Source: Octopus sinensis | Lineage: Eukaryota | Length of the DNA: 64,000 bases | Direction: 5' to 3' | NCBI RefSeq assembly: GCF_006345805.1 | Contig: NC_043007.1 | Coordinates: forward strand, 12,338,001-12,402,000 | Part shown: positions 25,553 to 36,731 of the stretch, piece by piece | How positions within the stretch are numbered: the first letter of the stretch is position 1 | Layout: every line of letters starts with the position of its first letter | Notes under the pieces: model-generated | Database searches by the model: none | Seen by the model: the letters and a program-made list of their open reading frames with translations, nothing else | What the model was told of the DNA's origin: nothing | Position numbers and translations under genes: made by a program

Positions 25553-26305
25553 TTAGTTAGTTAGTTAGTTAGTTAGTTAATTTGGCTCAAAAGCAAATAG
25601 CAAGGCCATGTAGGGGGACATGGAGTTAAGTACAGGGTGGTGTTCATGTAAAGAGTTCAGGCCACTTGAGGTCCAGGGAGGCTTTGAACAAAGCGGTTGT
25701 CGGCATCTTCACCAATTCGTCTGGCAGCTTGTTCCACGGATCCGCAACCCGGACGGAGAAAGCTCCTCTCCTTCGATTGAGATGAAATCGTCGCAGGTAG
25801 AGCTTTTCGGAATGACCCCGCAGCCGACGCTCTGGAGCAGGAGTGAAGAACAGCTCTTTCGAGAGGTTACACTTTCCGCTTATGATGTTGTGGCGAGAAT
25901 GAGATCACCACGGCGGCGGCGTTTTTCAAGAGAATAAAGGTCGAGCGTCCTCAGCCTTTCTTCGTAGGACAAATTTTTGAGACCATGAACCATGCGGGTA
26001 GCCAGCTTCTGGACTCTTTCGAGATGCTGTATGTCTTTGAGGAGATAAGGAGAAGAGGCTTGAATCCCATACTCCAATATGGGTCTCACCAGCGTGACAT
26101 AGAGTGGTAGGATATGGCTGCTGTGAGCATTCCGAATGACCGTCGAATCAAGAACAGAATTCCGCGTGCTTTGTTGGCAGCATGGACGCACTGGGCTGAA
26201 GGCGAAAAGGAGGAATCCACCAAGATACCCAGGTCCTTTACCTGATCGGTCCTCTCCAGCAGCAGACGACCCGGCTCGAAATCAAGTTGTGAGTAAGGTT
26301 TGGTG
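25553..26305 (-). mobile_element. 5'-truncated CR1-clade LINE: RT C-terminal region, 3' UTR and (CTAA)n tail; frameshifted
   Basis: Reassembled frames give ...VKDLGILVDSSFSPSAQCVHAANKARGILFLIRRSF../LPLYVTLVRPILEYGIQASSPYLLKDIQHLERVQKLATRMV..LSYEERLRTLDLYSLEKRRRRGDLI/..RGHSEKL..FSVRVADPWNKLPDELV..; stop at 25644-25646. Confidence 0.92.
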
Positions 26306-26708
26306 GAAGATTTTAATTCAGAACTTTTGGAAACAAGACATTTGTACTATAGAGCCCAAAGGCAGTTTCAGCTGGGTTGGTATGAAACAGGTTAGACACA
26401 CCTCTACATTTAGTCAGATGCACATTAGAAGCAGTTGGAAGGGTGTGGATTGAAGGAAATTTGGGCTATTATTTCTAGCATATAGAGTGACCACATTGAG
26501 GTCTCCTTCTCTTATGTCTTCTGCTGATAGAATGACATTGTAGGGTAAGTGCGAGGGGTTGCATCAGAGTTGGTTTTAACACAAAAAGAGGTATTTATAT
26601 TTGGGCCTGATATGACCAGATTAAATGCTAAATGGTTAAAGATGGGTTTAAAGGTGAATTTAGTGAATGGAACTAAGGTGGAGGCATGGTTAATGGTAAG
26701 TATCAATA

Positions 26709-26938
26709 GTAAAGGAGGCGAGCTGGCAGAAACGTTAGCACGCCAGGCAAAATGCTCAGCGGTATTTCATCTGCTGTTACGTTCTGAGTTCAAATTCCGC
26801 CGAGGTCAACTTTACCTTTCATCCTTTCAGGGTCAATTAAATAAGTACTAGTTACGCACTGGGGTCGATGTAATCGACTTAATCCGTTTGTCCTTGTTTG
26901 TCCTCTGTATTTAGCCCCTTGTGGGTAGTAAAGAAATA
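26709..26938 (+). mobile_element. SINE family E with 14-bp TSD
   Basis: TSD GGTAAGTATCAATA at 26695-26708 and 26939-26952. Confidence 0.9.
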
Positions 26939-27766
26939 GGTAAGTATCAATATTGAAGGGGTGGGAGGGAGGGCAGGAGGAGGAGGAGGAGGAATAAGAA
27001 GAAGAAGAAGAGGAGGAAATGATCAGTGGTAGAACAGGAAGGGAGGAGAGCAGCAGTGTAATAAATCTGTAGGTGGGTCAGAAAATATGTAAATGACATG
27101 CATGGAGGAACAGTGGGAGGCAAGGGAGAGAGAGAGAGAGAGAGAGAGAGAGGGATATACAGTGACAGAGGTAGCAATAGTGAGTGGGAGACAAAGGTGT
27201 TTCAGGGAGGCCATTGACAGCAAATTACCTCATAGAAATTCTTCTATGCTTGCATGCAAATGTGAAATGGTTCCTTGATGGACCAGCTGTTTTGACAGCT
27301 GGCTGCTCTTCCTACAGCTAACAATTCAATCATGAAGGTAGGAGTGAAACCTGTTCTTCATCGTCAGTCATGCAAATTCGCGTGAGCAGATGGCTATAGC
27401 AAAAAAAAATTTGAACTAATAGCACTGTGATCATTAGTCCAGTACATTAATCTCGAAGCAATTGTTTGGGATAAGAACAACCTCCGCAACCACCCTCCAC
27501 CACCACCACCACCACTACCCCACCTGGCCCCCTGAAAACAACTCAAGTATTGTAAAACTGATGAGCGTTTCATTAAGATGTAGAGTTAGCTTGTACACAC
27601 ACACACACACACACACACACACTATTACGTTCGTTTGTGTGATTAGAAAGTTCAGACAAGAAAATCAAGCAAGCCAATCTGGTATGCCTCAGATTTACAG
27701 GTAGACCACATGAAAACAAATTAATTGGTTACAAAACAACTTGTTTATTATGTAAATGTGTTCATA

Positions 27767-28185
27767 GGCATAGGAGTGGCTGTGTGGTAAGTAGCTTGTT
27801 TACCAGCCACATGGTTCTGGGTTCAGTCTCATTGCGTGGCACCTTGGGCAAGTGTCTTCTACTACAGCCTCAGGTCGACCAAAGCCTTTTGAGTGGATTT
27901 GGTAGATGGAAACTAAAAGAAGCCTGTCGTATGTATGTATATATGTATGCATATGTGTGTATGTGTATGTGTGTATGTTTGTGTGTCTATGCTTGTCACC
28001 CCAACATCGCTTGACAACCGATGCTAGTGTGTTTACATCCCCGTAACTTAGCGGTTCGGCAAAAGAGACCAATAGAATAAGTACTGGGCTTACAAAGAAT
28101 AAGTTCTGGGGCCGATTTAGTCGACTAAAGGCGGTGCTCCAGCATGGCTGCAGTCAAATGACTGAAACAAGTAAAAGAGTATATA
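27767..28185 (+). mobile_element. SINE family A, full length
   Basis: GGCATAGGAGTGGCTGTGTGG head through GACTGAAACAAGTAAAAGAGT tail. Confidence 0.88.
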
Positions 28186-28206
28186 TATATGACTGCTTGT
28201 GTGTTC

Positions 28207-28239
<33 letters not shown>

Positions 28240-28341
28240 TACTGGAGTAAGCACATAAATGTGAAACAAGGTGGAAAAAAGAGTACTCAAATACCAGAGG
28301 TAGAGTAGTATGATTTATTTAAAAGGAGCAGAAATGTCACA

Positions 28342-28387
28342 AAAACTGTCACTCTGAGTTTCACGTTCCCGTTCGTCGGACAGTTTT
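28342..28387 (-). ncRNA. Type I hammerhead-ribozyme-like motif (variant) in a Penelope-like repeat (about 28240-28390)
   Basis: Minus strand AAAACUGU-CCGACGA-ACG(GGAA)CGU-GAA-ACUC(A)GAGU-G-ACAGUUUU: perfect 8-bp stem I, 3-bp stem II, palindromic stem III; U4C and N17=G deviations. Confidence 0.6.
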
Positions 28388-28397
28388 GTTATATATG

Positions 28398-28428
<31 letters not shown>

Positions 28429-29960
28429 AACTTATAATAATAATAATAATAAAGGGTAAAAATCATTAATGATTTTTACCAGGTGGTCAACGCAGAAATA
28501 AAACCTCATAGGTAAATTTTATAAATATTTTATAATTATATACACAATGATTTCACTTGACTCAACAGGTATTCTGTACTGTTTACATTAAAATCACTCA
28601 GTCTACTCTACTGAATGGTTGGTGATAGGAAGGGCATCCAGCAGTAAAAATCCTCCCAAAACAGACACAGAAGTCTGGTGCATGCTTCTGCCTGGCTGGC
28701 TCCTATCAAACCATCCCACCCATGCCAGCATTGAAAGGCAGACATTAAACAATGATGATGATTATATATATATATATACATATATATCAACTCGTGTGTT
28801 CCTTTTCAACCTTCCACATATATATATATGTTTCTTTATTACCCACAAGGGGCTAAACATAGAGGGAACAAACAAAGACAGACAAATGGATTAAGTCGAT
28901 TACATCGACCCCAGTGTGTAACTGGTAATTAATTTATCGACCCCGAAAGGATGAAAGGCAAAATTGACCTCGGCAGAATTTTGAACTCAGAACGTAACGA
29001 CAGACGAAATACGGCCACGCATTTCGCCTGGCGTGCTAACAATTCTGCCAGCTTGCCTTCCACATATATATATAGTCTAGCAGTGGTCTTCCCTGGGCAG
29101 GTTCTGTGCATATGAACATTCTCCAGTCCTCTCTTTGTATGACCTAGCAGGGCCCATCACCTCCTTTTCAGCCATTAAGTAGATCACTGGTACTTTGGCT
29201 ATCATGACTAGACTCGAGTTGAATACTTGGGTGGTTTCCCGTTGCCTTCTCAGGCAGGTGGGATTTGAACTCAGAATGTAGAGAGCTGGAGAATATACAG
29301 TAAAGCATTTCTGCCAACATGTCAATGATTCTGTCACTTTCCCACCTGCAGAGCAACGTGAAATGGAAGCGTTTTGTATTATACATATACATGAACGAGA
29401 CTATGTATAGATGTGTGTGTGAGTATGGGAACTTCCTTTGTATGTGTGTGCATGCACTTGCGCACATGTAAGTGTGTGAGTGTGTGTGTGTGTGTCTGTC
29501 TGTCTATGTATGTGTATGTCTGTGCCGAAAGTTGCCAACATATACATCAACAAAGATTGTTGGCTTTTCTCTGTTTTTACATATATCATATGGTAAATTA
29601 ATGTGTTAAGTGGCAAAATGTTGTGCCAGAACAGACCTGTGATTGTAAAATAATGATAATGAGGATATACGTGCATACAAATAATACATATATATACATA
29701 TGTGTGTGTGTGTGTATATATGTGTGTGTAGGTATGTATATACATATATATGTATGTATATATATACACGCACACATACATATATACATACATACATACA
29801 CAGGTCTGTGTATGTATATACATATTTATATATATATATACATATATGAATACATATATAGTTATACATATGTATATGTGTGTGTATACATGCATATATA
29901 TATATACACACACACACACATGTACGTATGCATGTACACACACACACACACACACATTTG

Positions 29961-29996
<36 letters not shown>

Positions 29997-31374
29997 TCTT
30001 GTTTATTTAATCCAATATCAATTAACACACCAAGAATTCAAACTCTAATTAAAAGACAATAATTTCTCTCAGATGTGGAAATCGTTTGCAGTCTGTTCTT
30101 TGTGAAAGCCAGCAGCTCAAGGTTACCGAGAAAACCAATCTGTATAATTAATAGCGGTAGGCCACGGTATATTGTGATCCAACATACTTTGCAGTACCAT
30201 TCTCTGATCTTGTACCAGATATTGTGTTCAAGGTCATGCAATGTGCAGTCAATATGTACCAACTTCTATTAAGGTTCTGAGTTCCAGCCATTTACTTTCA
30301 ATACGAAACGTAAATTAGCTATGGATCACTGCTGGTTTTCACTATAAGAATTCGGTCATCCAATCAACTGATTTTACCGGATCATTGAATTAGTGCCTAA
30401 GTAGCAGCATGTTCTACAGATTTGTGGGTGTCTTCCTTAACCTATTTGATGCCAACCTGACTTCTGAGACTGCCCCTGGTTCCTATGAAACAAATTTCAT
30501 GATTTGAAGTAATCTAAATTAAAATTCTTCATCAAAATGCTATATTAATTTATGCTCTAAACCAGGCCTGGCCAACTCGAATTACAATGAGGGCCACTTT
30601 AATCCCAGAGAGATTTTTTGAGGACCACTTGTATACTGACAGAATTGAAAGTATTTTGCTTTCTCATGCTATTATTACAATAATGAATGAATAATGAATG
30701 AATAATCATTGATTCATCATCATCATCATCATCATCATCGTTTAGCGTCCATTTTCCATGCTAGCATGGGTTGGACGGTTCGACCGGGGTCTGAGATAAT
30801 CTTTTACCTTTTATTTGTTTCAGTCACTGGACTGCGACCATACTGGGGCAACACCATGAAGGGTCGTTTAGTCGAACAAATCAATCCAGTGATTATTTAT
30901 CTTAATATTCTCTCTGTTACTTATTCTCTCAGCCTTTTCTGTCAGGCCATTAGGCTGTGAGGACATAAACAAACCAATACTGGTTGTCAAACGGTGGAGG
31001 GGGTCAAACATAAAAACAAACACAGACACACACACACACATGCATGCATACACACTCACACATGCATACACATGTACGATGAGCTTCTTTCAGTTTCCAT
31101 TTAGTAAACCCACTCACAAGGCCTTGGTCAGCCCATGGCTATAGTAGAAGACACTTACCCAAGGTACCATGCAGTGGGACTGAACCCCAAAGCATATGGT
31201 TGGGAAGCCAACTTCTTTTATTCATTAGCTTGGCCATAAAGGCCTGACAAAGAAAGGAAGCTGCGGGCTGGACGAAGACATAATGAAATGAAATGATAAA
31301 CGATATGATAATAATGAGGGCAACAGCAACACCTGCCGATTGCTGTTTACCCGAGCACATTGTTCTTTATAAAT

Positions 31375-31790
31375 ACCTATTTCTTTACTACCCACAAGGG
31401 GCTAAACACTGTGGGGACAAACAAGGACAGACAAACGGATTAAGTCGATTATATTGACCCCAGCACATAACTAGTACTTAATTTATCGACCCCAAAAGGA
31501 TCAAAGGCAAAGTCGACCTCGGTGGAATTTGAACTCAGAACGCAGCAACAGACGAAATACTTATTTCTTTACTACCCACAAGAGGCTAAACACAGAGAGG
31601 ATAAACAAGGACAGACAAATAGATTAAGTCGATAATATCGATCCCAGCGCATAACTCGTACTTAATTTATCGACCCTGAAAGGATGACAGGCAAAGTCGA
31701 CCTCGGCGGAATTTGAACTCAGAACGTAGCAGCAGACGAAATACTGCTAAGCATTTCACTCAGCATCCTAACGTTTATGCCAGCTCGTGA
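31375..31790 (-). mobile_element. SINE family E dimer (head plus two body units)
   Basis: Internal junction AAGAAATAAGTATTTCGTC; the array ends AAGAAATAGGTATTT. Confidence 0.88.
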
Positions 31791-32324
31791 GGCAACAAAC
31801 CTCGTACATAGTTCAAAGTAAAACATCAATGAGGTGATTAAACCTCTTTCGGGTTGGGAAGCCAATTTCTTACCACACAGCTACACCTGCATCTATACAC
31901 TAGATCATCTTTCAAGAATATTCCTTTTGGTCTCACCAATAGTGGCATCAGCCTCCCCAACCTTTTTATTTCAAATAGAACTCAAAGAATATACTGTTGT
32001 GTCTGGGGAGAGTCATTTTCTTTTTGTGCCTTAAAATGTAACACACTCACTGGTAAAATTTCCACTTTTTTTTAATTTTTATTTCCCTAAAATTTTCTTT
32101 GCTTCTTGCAAACTTTTCAATAGTATTGACTCTCAAAGAATATAGAATCTAAAGAACTTGAAGAATACAATATAGAGAACTTGAAAATTATAATGTAAAA
32201 GATATCAGAGGAGCATACTTCTATTGTTACCATTCTTCATTTTGCCTGCCACTGTAAGCACCACTACCACCAGACACAGAAAAATTATTTAGCTAACCTT
32301 GAAAAAAGAATGAAAATAGTATGC

Positions 32325-32490
32325 TACTCTCTCTCTTTCTCTCTTACTTTCTTTCTTACTTTCTCTTTCTCTCTTACTTTCTCTTTCTCTTTTACTTTCT
32401 CTTTCTCTCTAACTTTCTCTTTCTCTCTTACTTTCTCTTTCTCTCTAAGTTTCTCTTTCTCTCTAAGTTTCTCTTTCTCTCTCTCTTGGA
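32325..32490. repeat. About 18-bp pyrimidine-rich tandem repeat (CTTTCTCTTTCTCTCTTA)
   Basis: Direct inspection, about 8-9 units. Confidence 0.85.
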
Positions 32491-32896
32491 TCAACAATAT
32501 CCTTTTTCAGCTCATACATTCATCTCTTCTTAAGCTTACTTATATTAATTACAAATTTAAAATTAAATTACATAAAATACATATGCAAAAAGCACAATTT
32601 TGATTTTATGTCGACATAACTTTAATCTTTCCAGAGAATGTATAAGCTCAGCATAAACCAATTGAAAAATAATTCCTTGTAAAGCATATTAACATAATTC
32701 CAAACAATAAAGAACAAAACACAATCTATTTGTAACTAACCATTACATAACATAATATAGTACAGCAGCTCAGGTAAGTGTATACAGGTGATTCTCAACC
32801 AGAGTCCATTATCGCCCTTGGGGTGGAGGGTGGGGTCTATATAAAATTCTGTTGTTAAAATTTATGTGCAATCAATTGGTTATGCTTCAACAATAG

Positions 32897-33055
32897 GCAT
32901 AGGAGTGGCTGTGTGGTAAGTAGCTTACTTCCCAGCCAATTGGTTCCAGGTTCAGTCCCATTGCAAGGCATCTTGGGTAAGTGCCTTCTACTATAGCCTC
33001 GGGCCGACCAAAGCCTTGTAGGTCGATTTGGTAGACAGAAACTGAAAGAAGCCCG

Positions 33056-33106
<51 letters not shown>

Positions 33107-33320
33107 CATACATACATATACATACATATGTGTGTGTGTGTGTGTGTGCGCGCATGTATATATGTATCTATGTGTGTGTGTCTGTGTTTGTTCCCGCCCC
33201 CATCACCACTTGACAACCAGTGTTGGTGGTGTGTTTATGTCCCCGTAACTTAGCGGTTCGGCAAAAAGAGACTGATAGAATAAGTACCAGGCTTAAAAAA
33301 TAAGTACAGGGGTCAATTCA
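32897..33320 (+). mobile_element. SINE family A
   Basis: Same modules as 27767-28185; internal (CA)n/(TG)n. Confidence 0.85.
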
Positions 33321-34070
33321 TTCCACAGGTCTACAGGTGTGTTGTTCATGGTCCACAAGTGTGTCGTGTATGATCCACAGGTGTGTTGGTGTAGAGATCA
33401 TATGTATGCCAGTGTGTAGTATGCAATTGTATTACATATGTTCCACAGAGATGTCTCATATGGTTCAAGGTGTGTTGGTATATAGACAACAGGTAAATTG
33501 TGTATGGACACAGGTGTGCCAGTGTATAATCCACAGGTGTGTCATGTATGGTCTACAGGTGTAAAACATGGTCTAAAGTGTGTGAGTACATAGTCCACAG
33601 TTGTGATCTCTTTGGTCCACAGACGTGTCATGTATGATCAACAAGTGTATCGCATATAGTCCAAGGTGTGCTAATGTATAATCCACAGGTATGTTGTATA
33701 TCATCCACAGGTGTATTGATATATGATCCACAGGTGTATTGGTATATAATCCACAGGTGTTGAAAGTATAGTCCACAAGTATGTCATGTAATGGTAAACA
33801 GGTGTATGACAAATAATCCAAGTCGTGTAAGTGTATAATCCACAGGTGTTTGGTGTATGGTCCACAGATGTATTATATATGGCCATAGTTATATCACTTA
33901 TGGTTCACAGGTGGGTTATACATATTCTGAGGTGTATTGGTGTATAATCCAGAAGTGTATCATATATTGTCAACAAGTGTGTTGTGTATAGTCCACAGAT
34001 GTGTCACATATGTTCTACAGGTGTGTTAGTGTATAGCTCATAGGCATGTTGTGTATGGCTTACAGGTATG
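33320..34070. repeat. Degenerate ~21-23 bp minisatellite (consensus about GGTCCACAGGTGTGTTGGTGTAT)
   Basis: Recurrent (T)CCACAG(G)TGT cores spaced about 21-23 bp over about 750 bp. Confidence 0.8.
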
Positions 34071-34449
34071 CTGCAAAATTTTGAGGTGAGACAGCAAAAT
34101 GCCTGGATTCTTAGAAAACCTGGGTATTTTTAATGTACAGTGCAACTAATGTGTGTATATTCCTTTGAGACAAAGTACCATCTGTTTGTATCTCTGTTTT
34201 TTAAACAGTAATTTATATAATTGCAGGCATTCCAATTATGACCATCCCCTCTAGATATCAACATTAAGTTAAAATTCTTAGAAAAGTTTAGAGGCCCATT
34301 GAAAGTGACTCAGTAGCCTGCTTCTGAACTGCAGCCCACCTGTTACTAACCTATACCTGACTGTCATAAAGAAAAGGTGTACTCGTTGGAGAATGTAGTC
34401 ATAAATATGCAAAAAGACATGGTGGTCATAACTAGAAAGGCTGTGTACA

Positions 34450-34862
34450 TAGAGAGATTTTACGAAAAAAACAAAAGACGAAGACAGGTGGTGTAGAAAA
34501 CAAAGAGATGTATTAGTATAATGCTCAGGAATAGAAAAAGTCTTTTACGTTTCGAGCCTACGCTCTTCTACAGAAAGGGACACAGAAAAAACAAGGAGAG
34601 AAAAATGTGTGTAGTGGCTAACGATCTATTATGGCGGTATGTATATATATGTATATATATATATATATATATAGGGAGAGCTTACGAAAAAAACAAAAGA
34701 TGAAGACGGGTGGTGTACAAAACAAACAGATGTATTAGTATAATGCTCAGGAATTGAAAAAGTCTTTTACATTTCAAGCCTGCACTCTTCTACAGAAAGG
34801 GACACAGAAAAAACAAGGAGAGAAAAAAATGTGTATAGTGGCTAACGACCTATCATGGCGTC
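34450..34862 (-). mobile_element. Two tandem ~190-bp Penelope-like repeats separated by (TA)n, each with a hammerhead-like motif
   Basis: Direct repeats about 34450-34640 and 34670-34862 (period 222). Motifs at 34542-34577 and 34764-34799. Third copy at about 60030-60160. Confidence 0.7.
34542..34577 (-). ncRNA. Minimal type I hammerhead-like motif (CUGUAGA+A core variant)
   Basis: CUUU-CUGUAGA-A-GAGC(GUAG)GCUC-GAAAC-GU-A-AAAG: 4-bp stem I, 4-bp stem II, ACGU palindromic stem III, GUA triplet. Confidence 0.55.
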
Positions 34863-35219
34863 TATATGTGAGCAGTGATGACCTGGGATTAACAACACAA
34901 ATGACTCTGTATCATTTTCGGTGTGCTTAAAACAGGTTGCAAACAGTTGATACAGATGACTAAATGGTTCTATGCCTTACAAGAGCAGCTTATGTTTGGC
35001 CCAAGATGACTTATTTCCAAATTCACAACTAATCACCTATATCTAGAGGTGATTGCCCCTATCCACTACCTGTTGATCGCTCTACCATTTTATGTATGCT
35101 ATTTAGGGTTAGTTTCCCAGTTCACAATGAAATTCTATAACTTTAACCATGAAATCAAAATAGGTGCACAAGACAAAACTCAACACAGCTTTAAAACACA
35201 AGTGGCAAATGAAAAACAC

Positions 35220-36115
35220 TCATCATCATCATCATCATCATCATCATTTAGCGTCCGCTTTCCATGCTAGCATGGGTTGGACGGGTCAACTGGGGTCTGT
35301 GAAGCTGGAAGGCTTCGTCAGGCCCAGTCAGATCTGGCAGTGTTTCTACGGCTGGATGCCCTTCCTAACGCCAACCACTCCGCGAGTGTAGTGGGTGTTT
35401 TTTACGTGCCACCTGCACAGGTGCCAGACAGAGCTGGCGAACGGCCACGAACGGATGGTGCTTTTACGTGTCACCGGCACGAGGGCCGGGCGAGGCTGGC
35501 AACGGACACGAACGGATGGTGCTTTTACGTGCCACCGACACGGGGCCAGACAGAGCTGGCAACACAAATAAAATAAAAAAACAAGTTTCACAAACAAATT
35601 AAATAAATGGTAATGTCGATGCCATTACTGTTTGATGGGCATGGGCATCTGTGCTGATGGCACATATAAAGCACCATTTGAGTGTGATCATTGCCAGTAC
35701 CGCCTGACTAGCTCCTGTACTGGTGGCATGTAAAAAGCACCATTCAAGCATGGCTGTTGCCAGTGCCGCCCGACTGGCTTCCATGCCGGTGGCATGTATA
35801 AAGCACCATTCGAGTGTGGGCATTGCCAGTGTTGCCTGACTGGCTCCTATGCCGGTGGCACATAAAAAGCACCATTCAGGTGTGGTCATTGCCGGTACTG
35901 CCTGATTGGCCCTCATGCTGGTGGCATGTAAAAAGCACCCACAACACTCTTGGAGTGGTTAGCGTTAGGAAAGGCATCTAACCATAGAAACCTTGCCAGA
36001 TCAGATTGGAGCCTAGTACAGCTTTTTGGCTTACCAGTCCTCAGTCAAACCGTCCAACCCATGCCAGCATCGAAAGCAGACGTTAAACAACAATGATGAT
36101 GATGATGATGATGAT
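35220..36115. mobile_element. Two adjacent family C elements in opposite orientation
   Basis: Minus copy 35220-35570 with (CAT)n at left; plus copy about 35625-36115 with (GAT)n at right. Confidence 0.8.
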
Positions 36116-36676
36116 GAAATAAGCCATAGAAAAAAAGTAACCAAAGTGTCAATTCTTTGACGAAAAAAAAACCTGTTGCATATTTCTCTGTACAAAACCA
36201 TTAATAGTATAAGCAACACAATGATACTAAGGTCTCAAACATCCTGGTAATTAACTCAGTAGCAGTCCCACATGTATTTGGCTAACAGTGTACCCAGGAG
36301 GAATACCAATGATATTCACTATCCATCAACCAGTTAAAAGAACAAGTACATGCACTGTTAACTAGTTGAATGATATGCAATACTCCTTAATTTCCAATGC
36401 ATGTAGCAGCATATACATTTAACATGGTGTAAAATGCAATAAAAGAATATGAAGAGAATGAAGATGTTTTTCTCAAGTTATGCAACACCTGTGTTCCATA
36501 GCATGGTTATTTCAAAGAAATAACCTTATTCCTTTTCTTCTACTTATATATATATGTTAGAAAAAAAAACACCTTTTATCAATTCAATAATGAAAAATTA
36601 AATTATACCATTTAGAAAAATTACATTTTATAGAAAGCATAAATATAAGATAAAACATAACAAAATATTTCCCTCA

Positions 36677-36731
<55 letters not shown>

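Noticed and set aside
30038-30262. Minus-strand ORF with a GPCR TM1-like IGFLGN segment
   Set aside because: Only one short hydrophobic stretch with a charged residue, no TM2 motif, an early stop, and other frames look equally plausible.
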